This document shows positions 12,345-25,407 of a stretch of 64,000 nt of DNA, piece by piece. The stretch covers positions 7,192,001-7,256,000 of the forward strand of contig NC_043026.1 of the NCBI RefSeq assembly GCF_006345805.1, read 5' to 3'. Origin of the DNA: Octopus sinensis. Lineage: Eukaryota. Made by a program: the position numbers and the translations under genes. The notes under the pieces were generated by a model that was given only the letters and a program-made list of their open reading frames with translations, had not been told where the DNA came from and searched no databases. The number at the start of each line of letters is the position of its first letter. The first letter of the stretch is position 1.

Positions 12345-13666
12345 TAACTGTTATTGGGGGCAGCTAGGATACTTAAGAGAGTTCTTGACATCTAAAGTTA
12401 TTTGTTATTCTTTTATTTGTTTACTTGTTTCAGTCATTTGACTGTGGCCATGCTGGAGCACGAATTTTTCTTTTCCAACAGTCTAATCTGTTGTGTGTAT
12501 ACGAATAATAAATAACAATGGTAATATTTTTGGCACAAGGCCTGGAGGTTATCCAATTAAACTGATGCCAGCACACAACTGGTCTCTTAATTCATTGACC
12601 CCTTGAAAGAATGACAGGTGAGAGTCGACCTCGGTGGAATTTGAACTCAGAATGTAAAGATTAGCGGAATGCTGTTAAAGCATCGTGTCCTGGCATGCGA
12701 ACAACTCTGCCAGCATGCTGCCGTGATAACGATGATAATAATAATAATAATAATAATGATGATGACGATGATGATGGTGGTGGTGGTGGTGGTGGTGGTG
12801 GTGGTGGTGGTGGTGATGATAACAATAGCAATGATAACAATAACAACATGAAAGGCGGATGAAATGGTTCCTGTGTTCCTGTTGTCATGAGATGTTATTG
12901 TGAGAGTCTAAATATAGGAGGGGGGTGCAAGGGGATGGGGGAGTGGGGAGTTAATAGGGTGGGGGATGGGGTGAGGTTTATAGCATATGTTGTGTGCATG
13001 TGTGTGTGTGTATGCTAACTACCACAACCACCACCGCCACTACTACTACCACCACCACCACCGCCGCCACTACTACCATTACCACCACCACCACTACTAC
13101 TACCACCACCACCACTACTACTACCACCACCACCGCCACTACTACCATTACCACCACCAACACTACTACTACCACCACAACCATCTCCATCCCCACCACT
13201 ACCTCCACCACATGGTTTTCGGTTCAGTCCCACTGCATGGCACCTTGGGCAAGTGTCTTCTACTATAGCCTCGGGCTGACCAAAGCCCTGTGAGTGGATT
13301 TGGTAGACAGAAACTGAAAGAAGCCTGTCGTATATATGTATAAATGTATATGTGTGAGTGTATATGTTTGTGTGTCTGTGTTTGTCCCACTCCCCTCCAC
13401 TATCGCTTAACAACTGATGTTCGGCAAAAGAGATTGATAGAATAAGTACTAGTCTTATATTCACACACACACACATGCACACACACACACACGCATACAT
13501 TACACAGTCCCTTCTCCCTACACACTCACATGCACAACCAACCATCATCAAGCAAGCAAACCTAGCTCCAACAGAGGCACCCAATTTCTTGGTGGTTGGA
13601 CACGATGGATACAGGAAGACTATGTTCACCATGGCACACAAAAGCCTTGTTGTGCGTTACCACCTG

Positions 13667-13669
<3 letters not shown>

Positions 13670-13709
<40 letters not shown>

Positions 13710-14109
13710 GTAAGTGTGTGTGTGTGTGTGAGGGGGGGGGGGTGTATTGCAGCTTATCTGTTATCAGTGTCTGCCGTTTCCCAGCCAAGATGTCTGAAAG
13801 AGTTGATTGCTAATCCTTTTAATCTTCTGCTTGAATTACTGAAGCTTCAGAGCATCGTTCTGCTATTTTGGTTTTTACGCCATATATATACACATGTACA
13901 TACCATGCATACCGTATATATACATATAATATGTGTAAAGTGTGTGTGTGTGTGTGTGTATATATATATGTATATATATATATATGTTTGTATGTATTTA
14001 TTTTTATATACAGGTGTACATGAAGCTAGGAAGTACAATTTTAGTTTATCTTAGCTATATTTAAACACTGTAGATGCATACATATATACACACGTAAATG
14101 TGTGTATAT

Positions 14110-14141
<32 letters not shown>

Positions 14142-14259
14142 CACATATATATATATAATAATAATAATAATAATAATTGTGTACAGTGCTCAGGTGCACT
14201 ACAACTCATCTAAAGTGTATATATAATCAGGTGTAGTTTCGGCGGATTTATATATATAT

Positions 14260-14290
<31 letters not shown>

Positions 14291-14496
14291 CACATATACA
14301 TACATACATTCATACATACATACATTACATACATATATATACACACCACACACACACACACACATATATATACATGTATATATATATGTACACACACACA
14401 CCTACAAACACATATCTCTTTTTATGTAGGTATATATATATGTATCTCTGTCTGTCTCTGTCTGTCTCTCTCTCTCTCTCTCCCTATATATATATA

Positions 14497-14537
<41 letters not shown>

Positions 14538-14733
14538 AAGTGTAAAGGTGATTTTTTTTAAAAAAAGATTATTTTTTAAAAAAAGTTATGAAATCTTTTA
14601 TGGGGATGTCACAAGCCATTTTTGGGAAAGACATTTTCTAGCGTGTGAGCATGTTCACTATCTCTCATTTTATGTAAGTGTGTGTGTGTATATGTGTGTA
14701 TGTATATATATGTGTGTATATATATATATACAT

Positions 14734-14779
<46 letters not shown>

Positions 14780-15168
14780 GTAAGTGTGTGTGTGTGTGTG
14801 TGAGGGGGGGGGGTGTATTGTAGCTTATCTGTTATCAGTGTCTGCCGTTTCCCAGCCAAGATGTCTGAAAGAGTTGATTGCTAATCCTTTTAATCTTCTG
14901 CTTGAATTACTGAAGCTTCAGAGCATCGTTCTGCTATTTTGGTTTTTACGCCATATATATACACATGTACATACCATGCATACCGTATATATACATATAA
15001 TATGTGTAAAGTGTGTGTGTGTGTGTGTGTATATATATATGTATATATATATATATGTTTGTATGTATTTATTTTTATATACAGGTGTACATGAAGCTAG
15101 GAAGTACAATTTTAGTTTATCTTAGCTATATTTAAACACTGTAGATGCATACATATATACACACGTAA

Positions 15169-15215
<47 letters not shown>

Positions 15216-15533
15216 TATATATAATAATAATAATAATAATTGTGTACAGTGCTCAGGTGCACTACAACTCATCTAAAGTGTATATATAATCAGGTGTAGT
15301 TTCGGCGGATTTATATATATATACACACACATACATATATATATACACATATACATACATACATTCATACATACATACATTACATACATATATATACACA
15401 CACACACACACACACATATATATACATGTATATATATATGTACACACACACACCTACAAACACATATCTCTTTTTATGTAGGTATATATATATGTATCTC
15501 TGTCTGTCTCTCTCTGTCTCTCTCTCTCTCTCT

Positions 15534-15575
<42 letters not shown>

Positions 15576-15784
15576 TATATATATTTGAAGTGTAAAGGTG
15601 ATTTTTTTTAAAAAAAGATTATTTTTTAAAAAAAGTTATGAAATCTTTTATGGGGATGTCACAAGCCATTTTTGGGAAAGACATTTTCTAGCGTGTGAGC
15701 ATGTTCACTATCTCTCATTTTATGTAAGTGTGTGTGTGTATATGTGTGTATGTATATATATGTGTGTATATATATATATACATG

Positions 15785-15810
<26 letters not shown>
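13670..15810. repeat. About 1.06-kb direct tandem duplication (two copies)
   Basis: 13745 onward matches 14816 onward; identical ORFs at 13847/14918 and 14548/15598. Confidence 0.95.
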
Positions 15811-15815
<5 letters not shown>

Positions 15816-16849
15816 ACATATGCACACACACGAGCATGCAGCTAGGAGTAGGTGAACTGATAACAGAATGTAGAGCTTAACATGTTAAGTGTGGAATCTT
15901 TATCTAATCATGTTTTGGATCGGTTCCTTGTTATCAAAAGTGTTGTGGGTGCCGAAAGCAACTGCAATCTTCAAATGGGATGTAGAAGTGTAAAGAGTTT
16001 GAAAGAAATTTTTAAAATAGCTTCCAGGTGAGAATATTTGAACCTCCATGAAGCAGTGAGAGCAGTTGGTTCCAGTGAATGCTCCATGTGGAGGGGCAGA
16101 CAGTTTCTTGGTGTCCAGTAGTCAGTGTTCTGAAGGATTTGAAAGTCAGTGAATATCGTTTCTAAGCTACCGTTTGGTGTAGTTACCAGTTTGGATTGGT
16201 ATCTGGTCTCCTATCAGCCTGTGTGTCAAGCATGATTGAATTGTGTAATTACAGGTGTGTGTTAATAGGCCACAGTAATTGCAGGTGGAAGGGGAAACAA
16301 TTTGATTTTTGGGTGAACTGGAGTCATCTATCCTGTAAATATATAGGAGCAGGAGTGGCTGGGGTAAGAAGCTTGCTTCTCAACCACATGGTTCCACGTT
16401 CAATCCCATTGAGTGCCACCTTGGGCAAGTATTTTCTACTATAGCCTTGGGCCTACCAAAGCCTTGTGAGTGGTTTTGTTAAACAGAAACTGAAAGGACA
16501 TTGTTTTATCAGCTGAATGTCCTTCCTAACATCAACCACTCTACAGAGTGGACTTGATGCTTTTTACACGGCACCAATACCAGTGAGGTCTACTTTGGCA
16601 TGGCTTTTACAGCTGGATGCCCTTCCAAATGCCAACCACTTTATAGAGTAGACTCAACGCTTTTTTTTAGAGATCAGTGGGCTCATATTAACAAGTAAAT
16701 TGTCTAATGGTTAGAATGTATTTTAATGTAATGCAATACTTCATCAGGTTTCTTGTAGGAATGGTATTTACTGGTTTAGAAGTCTAATGTCTATTTAATG
16801 GAATTCACCTGGCTGTTATTCTAACGACTCTTTAAGTCTGTTTCTTGGT

Positions 16850-17115
16850 TCTGACTGTAGAGGTTACCTCCCCTTATACACTATAGCCGTTTTGAAATAC
16901 ATATCATCAAGAGGTGCATTCATGACTTTGTAGTTATGATATCATACAGACTTTCATTATAACTATAGCTAACTTTGACATTATTTCCATTGAAAAATTT
17001 GTAATAAGGATGATTGTACGCAAAAACTTTTATGTATGAGATTTAGGTTGTTTGCAACAAAACTGGATGCTGCAGTTAAATTGCACATGAACCAAAGAAT
17101 TTTTTCTATTTGTTT
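16850..17115 (-). mobile_element. Degraded Penelope-like element ORF (RT thumb/linker to GIY-YIG start)
   Basis: With frameshifts: KKQIEKILWF...LNLIHKSF/NHPYYKFFNGNNVKVSYS...IVYKG/EVTST, matching the PLE motifs IIWFNPP, HKIFNRNNVKVSYS and IVYKA. Confidence 0.75.
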
Positions 17116-17604
17116 CTTTTATGTTGCCTTTAAATAATGATACATATTAACAAATTTATGAGTTAAGTCATTCTGAAGACTCCTAAAAAGGATGAAATAG
17201 TACTACACATGATTAACTCTAACTAGAAATTGTAAGATTTCACCTCATATAATAAATATAAAAGCATATAAATTATATATCGAACATGGCTGTGTGGTAA
17301 GAAGCTTGCTTACCAACCACAGGGTTCCGGGTTCAGTCCTACTGCGTGGCACCTTAGGCAAACGTCTTCTGCTATAGCCTCGGGCCAACCAAAGCCTTGT
17401 GAGTGGATTTGGTAGATGGAAACTGAAAGAGGGCTAGTCAGTTACATCGACCCCAGTGCTTGACTGGTACTTAATTTAATGACCCTGAAAGAATGAAAGG
17501 CAAAGTCAACCTCAGTAGCATTTGACCTCAGAACATAAAGGTGGGTGAAATACGGCTAAGCATTTTGCCCAGCATACTAATGATTCTGCCACCTCACCAC
17601 CAAA

Positions 17605-17658
<54 letters not shown>

Positions 17659-17849
17659 CAACAACAACAACAACAGCAGAAATATTGATTAAATTAAATG
17701 ATTAAAAAATAGACCAGAAATCAAATATGATAAAGTAGATGTTTTTTTTTAACGAATTAGATTTAACAATTTAATTTTAACAAATCAATAAATTGTTAAT
17801 AATAAATATTAATAAATATTAACAGAATAAACTATGATATAAAGAGAGA

Positions 17850-18739
17850 AAAAAACTGCAACATAAACAGGAAAAAACTGCAGATATGTGTAGCAAAACT
17901 GCAATATAAACAGGAAAAAACTGCAATATACATGAAGAAATTGCAGAAAAAACAGATATGTATAAAATGTAAATGATAAAAATTGCAGTTTAAATAGAAA
18001 GCCCTATGTTATGAAGAGAAAAACTGCAATTTAAATAGAGAAAACTGCAGAATAAATTGAAGAGATATGATAGAAATGGGGGGAAAAACAGCAACATACA
18101 GAGGAATAACAGTTTTTCGAAATGTTGCAGTATAAATAAAAAAAAGGCAATTAAAATGGGAAAAACGGCAGTTAAAGGGTGCTGCTTGGCACAGGTTGAC
18201 CTTGAAGTCTGTCACACATGCACACGACGAGGTTGTAAGGTTCTCCTCCACTTCGGTTGTTTGTAGCAGTGTTCGGAAGTAAAGTGTGTCGAGTGTGGTT
18301 GTCTCGAAAAGAAGATCGGATTTCAGCTGCACAGGATCTCCTTCACTGTGTTAACAAAGACAAACCTCTTTGAAATAATACATATATGTACGTATGTATG
18401 TATGTATGTATGTATGTCTTTATTCAGTTTATTTCAAGATTTCTTGCCAATAGAGAAAGAACAGGTTTCTAACTTAGATCCACAGTTCTTTCATTGGAAT
18501 TTCAACATATGTGTGTATGCATGCATGTATGTATGTATGTATGTATGTGTGTGTGTGTGTGTGTATGTAATGTATGTATGTGTATGTATGTAATGTATGT
18601 ATGTATGTATGTATGTATATGTGTGTGTGTGTGTAATGTATGTATGTATGTATATGTATGTATGTATGTATGTAATGTATGTATGTATGTAATGTATGTA
18701 TGTAATGTATGTATGTATGTATGTGTATGTATGTGTATG

Positions 18740-18770
<31 letters not shown>

Positions 18771-18876
18771 TGTATGTATGTATGTAATGTATGTAATGTA
18801 TGTATGTAATGTATGTATGTATGAATGTGTATGTATGTATGTATGTATGTATGTATGTAGGTAATGTATGTATGTG

Positions 18877-18907
<31 letters not shown>

Positions 18908-20900
18908 TGTATGTATGTAATGTATGTATGTATGTAATGTATGTATGTATGTATTATGTATGTAATAAAAAGTAATAAATATGGGGAAACCTGCAGTTAA
19001 ACAGGAAAAAATTATAAAATGAACTGAAATAGTAGAATGTCTAGCAACTGTATTATAATGGGTAGCACTGCAGTTTGAATGGGAAAAAACTTGATGTAAA
19101 TGGAAGCAGAACTAAAATATAAAGAGAACAACTGCAGTATAACTAAAAGACTATGATATGGACAAAAAAATAACAAATTTGAACAGAAAAACTGCCATAA
19201 ACTATTAAGAAACTGCAATATACACAAAAACAAAAGTTATGATTGATAGAAAAACTGCACAATAAACAGAAAATGTAGAATATATGAAAATAACAACAAT
19301 GGGAACAGAACATTGTATTAAAAAAATTTTTGAATGTTATCATCATCATCATCATCATCATCGTTTAACGTCCACTTTCCATGCTGGCATGGGTTGGACG
19401 ATTTTGACTGAGGACTGGCGAACCAGATGGCTGCACCAGGCCTCAATCTTGATCTTGCAGAGTTTCTACAGCTGGATGCCCTTCCTAACACCAACCACTC
19501 CAAGAGTGTAGTGGGTGCTTTTATGTGCCACTGGCATGGGGGCCAGTCAGGCGGTACTAGCAACGACCTCGCTTGAATCTTTTTGCACATGCCACCGGCA
19601 CAGGTGCCAGTAAGGTGATGTTGGTAACGATTGCACTCGAATGGTGCCCTTTTACGTGCCACCGACTCGGAAGCCAGTTAGCCACTCTGGCAACAATCAC
19701 GCTCGGATGGTGCTCTTAGCACCCTACTAGCACAGGGCACAAGTGCCAGTAAGGCGAAGCTGGTAACGATCATACTCGAATGGTGCCTTTTATGTGCCAC
19801 TGGCATGGAAGCCGGTTAGCCGCTCTATCAATGATCGCATTCGTATGGTGCTCTTTGCACCCCACTAGCATGGATGCCAGTCATCGAATTTGATTTTGAT
19901 TTTAACAATAAAAACTGTAATACAAACAAAAATATAAATGCTAATTTAAACAGAAAAACTGCAATTTAAAGATAAAGGTCTGCTGTACAAATAGATAATT
20001 GGCAGTGCCCCAGCATGGCCACAGCTTGTGAGCTGAAACTAGATAAAATAAAATAAAAAAAAATTTAGAATATAAACAGAAAAATAGAAATAATGAAGAG
20101 GTAAACCTTTGTAATGTGAACAAAAAACTGAAAACAAAGAGGAAAACAGCAATTTATACAGGAAAACATGAATATCAAAAGAAAAGGTAGTATTTCAAAT
20201 AGAAAAACAGCAATTTAAACAAAAAACTGCTCTCAGAAACAGAAAATTGTGCAGTACAAACAGGAAATTGAGAATAGGAATAAAGGTTTTGCAATAGAGA
20301 TGGGAAAAAGTTGCAATATAGAGAAAACTGTACACAAAAACAGTGATTTAAGCGAAAAGTTTGTAGTGTAAGCAAAAAGGCTGCACTATAAACAGAAAAT
20401 TTACAAAATGAACAGAAAAACTACAATAAAAACAGGAAAAGTTGTTCTGTGCAGAAAAACATTGCAACATAAAGAGAAACAAAAAAAACCAAAAAAAAAA
20501 AAAATAACAAAAATACCAACAAAAATACTACAAACAAATATAACCATTGGTATCTCCAGAGTTTAAAAAAAACTGGATCCAATAATGTCTGGTTTAGGTA
20601 CGCTGGGCTTTTTCAGTTTTTCTTCCTTCTTGATTTCCAAATTCATAGTTTTCAGTTTTCTGTTTTTGCTGTCAGTTTTTTAAAAGATTATTTCTGATTT
20701 GAGGTGTTTTGCAGTTATTCCCTCTACTTTCAGTCAATGTTGTCCCTGGTTTTGATTTTGATACTTTTCTGATGGTTTTTAACTGTTTTTAAAAAAAAAT
20801 GTTTCAAAATAATCATTTAGTTCTGCTTTATCTGTTTTCATTTTGTTCTTGCAGATAATTTTTCTGTTATAATACTGTATCTGGTTTGCAAGATTCTTTA
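17850..20900. repeat. Degenerate A-rich about 20-nt subrepeat (aaactgcaatataaacag-like), inverted after about 20570
   Basis: A-rich units at 17850-18180, 18980-19300 and 19900-20470; T-rich complement at 20600-20900. Confidence 0.6.
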
Positions 20901-21154
20901 TGTGAATTCGTGTCTTCAAGCATATTTTGTTGTGTCTGGAGAGAGTCATATTGTCTTTATGCCTTATTAACCAACACACTCACCGGTTCAATTTCCACTC
21001 AATTTATTTATATTTTTTCCTCTAGAATTTTCGTTGCTTCTTGCAACCTTCTCGACAGTTACTGACTCTCCGTTATTGGAGCTGTGTTCCTTTCGTTTGT
21101 GTGCATGTGTGTGCATCAGCATGCATGTGTACACACACACATGTGTTGTTACTC

Positions 21155-21548
21155 TTTTACTCCTTTATTTGTTTCAGTCATTTGACTGTGGCCATGCTGG
21201 AGTACCACCTTTAGTCAAGCAAATTGACCCCAGGACTTATTCTTTATAAGCCTAGTACTTATTCTATCTGTCTCTTTTGCCGGACCGCTAAGTTATGGGG
21301 ACATAAACACACCAAGCAATGTTGGGGGGACAAACACAGACACACAAACATATACACTCACATACATATATATATACATATATACGACGGGCTTCTTGCA
21401 GTTTCCGTCTACCAAATCCACTCACAAGGCTTTGGTTGGCTGAAGGCTATAGTATAAGACACTTGCCCAAGGTGCCACGCAATAGGACTGAACCCGGAAC
21501 CATGTGGTTGGTAAGCAAGCTACTTACCACACAGCCACTCCTGCGCCT
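21155..21548 (-). mobile_element. SINE family 1 (other minus copies or fragments: 11285-11700, 24420-24665, 31940-32105, 38375-38757, 39165-39400, 39735-39960, 41735-42135)
   Basis: Homology to 4555-4950. Confidence 0.9.
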
Positions 21549-21552
21549 ATAG

Positions 21553-22130
21553 TTGTTTAGTTTTATTTCAAGATTTCTTGCCAATAGAGAAAGAGCTGGT
21601 TTCTAACCTAGATCCGAGACTCCTTCATTGAAATTTCGACATCAACAACAGAGCATTGTTATACCATCCAAGACACATGTTTTACAAACAATACACAATG
21701 CTTCAAGTGAACTACAATACGCTCCTATCAACAACAGGGAATTTTTGTTTATATGTATATGTGTCTGTATGTGTGTGTGTGTGTGTGTGTGTGCATATTT
21801 GTATTTTATGTTTTATGTATGTATTCTCATGCATATAGCTACATATCTAGACAGGCTCATATATACTTAAATGATAAACTTCTGGAAAGTTTTACAGATT
21901 TTTACAGTTCCTGTGATGGATCGGATCTGTAGTCTTTGAATTAGCTTTCTCCTTTCTGGTTTTAAGAAGCCTAATTTCTCAAGACTGGTGTTTAGGCAGT
22001 GTGTTACATATCCCAGGGCCCCAATAATTGCAGGTATAAACCTGAACTTGTAATATGGATAGAGTAACTACAGATTTCTAAATAGTTCAGCATAGGTATT
22101 TTCTTTTTCACTGATCTTCAGCTTTGTTAC
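21553..22130 (-). mobile_element. RLE-type (R4/Dong/HERO-like) non-LTR retrotransposon 3' fragment
   Basis: 22130-21867 reads KISEKENTYAELFRNL*LLYPYYKFRFIPAIIGALGYVTHCL...LGF...IQRLQIRSITGTVKICKTFQKFII*, then a 3' UTR; a second UTR piece lies at about 18415-18510. Confidence 0.8.
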
Positions 22131-22351
22131 ATATGTATGTATATAAGTATGTAAGTACGTACGTACGCATGAACTTTTGCATAAACTGGCACTGCTAACA
22201 GAGCTTGTACAGAAACAAATATAATTGATCATTAAAGATGTGTTAAATCAGTTGCTTGTTTTATATATATGTATATATATATATGTGTATGTGTGTGTGT
22301 ATGTGTATATATATATGGATATTTATACATATATATACATACATATATATT

Positions 22352-22383
<32 letters not shown>

Positions 22384-23152
22384 CACACACACATGCACAT
22401 ATATGTGTATATATTAGCTGTACTATTGCAAAACCATCTGGTTTATGAAACGGTGTAATTTCTCCGTTTCTCCATACTTTGGCTGCCATCACGAACACAT
22501 CAACGACAACATCAACATCGGAAGTAAAAAGACAAAACAAAATACTATTTTATCGCTCCCCCCACCCCTGCAAGAATTATAGAGCAAGAGATAGTGGTAG
22601 GGTGGGGTGGGGGGTTGAGTAAACCGGGTTGGGAGGTGGGGGGGTTGCATGGTGATGGTGGTGGCGGTGGTGGGAAAGATGCTGTTGGTGCCTGCGTGTT
22701 GTTGATGGTGGAGATGGATAAGGGGAGGTGGATGGGGTGGCCTGATATGTTTTTTTTATAGTTTTTTTAGACCAACAGGTAGCAGAATGAAACTGAAGCA
22801 TTTGAAGGTGGCGGTAGTGGTGATGGTGGGGGATGGTGTGGGTGGTTTTTGTTTTTCTGTGTATGGAAAAAAGAAAGAAAAAGAAAATAAAACAAAACAA
22901 AGCAAAACAAAAAAAGGAATTTTGACAAGATGATGATGATGATGGTGGTGGTGATTATGATGATGATGAAGGGGAGGAAAAGAAAAAGGATTATGGCAAT
23001 TGTGGTGATGATGATTGTGTTGGTGGTAGTGGTGATGGTGTCGATGGTGGTGGTGGTGGTGGTGGTGATGAGAATGAAGAAGAGAAGGAAAAGGAAGAGT
23101 GTTATGGTGTCGATGATGATGATGGTGATGGCGGCGGCATTGTTGGAGAGGA

Positions 23153-23183
<31 letters not shown>

Positions 23184-25112
23184 GAGATAGATAGAGAGAG
23201 AAAGGGGGAGAAAGACAGTGGTGTTTACCTGTTCTTGTTGTTAGTGATGTACGGAAGTAATAAAAGGTAAAAATAATACAAAAAGAAGAAAAAAAGGATG
23301 CCCCCCCCACCCACACACACTCACACAAAACAGAAAACAATCTGAAGAACTGCAAAACGAGTTTTGGTAAAGTTTCTTTTTCTGTGTTTTAGCACCATTC
23401 TCAAGTGATTCTGCTGTTACGACTTCCACTCGGCCACGGGGAGGAGCAGAGGAAGGATTGTGTTTATCTTTGGATTAAGCCTGCATCTCTTCATCCGGTG
23501 ATGATTAACGGGGAAGGGGGGGTCGTGGTGGTACTGGAGATAGTGGTGGTAGGTGATGATAATGATGATGATGATTGTGATGATGGTGGTGGTGGTGGTG
23601 GTGTTGGTGGTAGTGGTGACGATGATGTGGTGGTGGTATGTCGAGGAGGATGATGATGACGGTGGTGGTGGTGGTGGCGTTAACAGCAGCGGTGGTAGTA
23701 GTGATGATGATGAGGATGCCGATGCTGATGATATTGACGGTGGTGGAGGGTAGGGTGGTTTTAGTGATGAAGATGATGACGATGATGATGGTGATAGTGG
23801 TGGTGGTGGTGGTTGAGGTAGTGGTAGTGGTGATGAGGATGATAGCGGTAACGAGATAATAATGATAATAATGTGTATACATGCATGTACACACACACAC
23901 ACACACACATATATATACACAATACATATAGATATATACATGCGTGTGTGTGTCTGGTAATTATCTAGTGTCTTTTAGCTGGAATGCCTAAGGCCAGGCT
24001 GGAGCACTGGGCTGTCTGTCTATGCAATAGTTTTTTTTTCTTCTGCTTTTCGTTTATTCTTTGCAGTTTCTGTTTTTTTCATTTTCCATTTTCTCTGAGC
24101 AATGATATGTAATGTTTGCCTTCACGCACCAGTGACCCCCCCCCCACAGCCGCACACCCCACTGTGTTTCTCACCTCCCCACCCACCCCCGCCACCATCA
24201 CTGCTTCCTTTGTCCTTGGCACTGTTGCTTTTACTTTTTTTCACTATGACAGTGTTAAGTATATCACACACACACACACGTATGTGTGTGTGTGTGTGTG
24301 TGTGTGCGTGTATGTATATTTACATATATGTATGTGCGTGTATGTACAGATATAAATGTATGTATATGTACATGTAAATATATGTATATATATATATATA
24401 TATTTGATTTTGATTTTGATTTTTCCAGTTTCAGCTAAAGAGCTGTGGCCATGCATATATATACATATATATATATATATATTTACATGTATATATGTGA
24501 TGGGCTTCTTTCAATTTCCGTCTACCAAATCCACTTGCAAGGCTTTGGTTGGCCTGAGACAATAGCAGAAGACACTTGCTCTAGGTGCCACACAGTGGGA
24601 CTGAACCCCAGAACCATGTGGTTGGGAAGCAAGCATCTTACCCCACAGCCGCTCCTGTGCCTCCTCCTATAAATAAATAACAACGGATGGACTATGTGTC
24701 GATTCACTACAGCTGTTTCCAACTAATTAATTAAGGCAAACATTTCACCATTAAGAAAAAACCGTTTTCATCAGGTAAATACACGAACCAAAACATTTAG
24801 AAACATCCACAAACCACCAGCAAAAGCACCTTCATGATACTAAGAGCTTTGCTGGTCATAATACAATATGCATGTCTTGGTTAGACCAAGGGCTTGGGAT
24901 ACATTCTGTGGGGTTCAATCAATTGTATACACAACCGGAATATCTTTCTCTCTCTACTTTGTTACTTGCATATGCATCAGGTTATCTTTGTTTTAATTTC
25001 AACCTGACCTGCGTGCCATACCGTTTAAGGGCCTGGTTCACTTAAATCCAAACCTTTTGTTTTATATATATATATTTTGTCTGTAAATATTGCTTTGGGG
25101 CTGACAGATTTT

Positions 25113-25163
25113 GGAATCTGATGATATGCCATAAAGTTAAACCCTTTATGGATGGGAAATCCC
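25113..25163 (+). ncRNA. Hammerhead-like motif family A, stem III and cleavage site deleted
   Basis: GGAAT-CTGATGA-TATGCCATAAAG TTAAACC CTTTATGGATGG-GAAA-TCCC, followed by aagccggcttt as in the 62.6 kb copy. Confidence 0.5.
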
Positions 25164-25356
25164 ATAAGCCGGCTTTCCACATTTTTAATATATATACATA
25201 TATATGTGTGTGTGTGTGTGTGTATACACATGTATAGATAGATGTGTATATAAATATATATATACATTTATAATATATATGTATGTATATATATATATGT
25301 ATATAATATATGTATATATATATATATATATTAATATATATATTTATTAATATAAG

Positions 25357-25407
<51 letters not shown>

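Noticed and set aside
12920-12971. G-quadruplex-forming runs (also about 22600-22740 and 47690-47880)
   Set aside because: G4 potential is real but expected in G-rich simple repeats; nothing indicates function.
13745-13880. Pogo/Tigger HTH-like peptide (QSTLSDILAGKRQTL) on the minus strand
   Set aside because: Short, stop-interrupted, and the similarity is too weak to call.
15860-16340. Unique 480-bp stretch as exon or LINE remnant
   Set aside because: All frames are interrupted and no motif was recognised with confidence.
22440-23500. Short unique islands (22440-22530, 23360-23500) as extra exons
   Set aside because: Splice-site pairs are inconsistent or give stops; exons B and C already join in phase without them.
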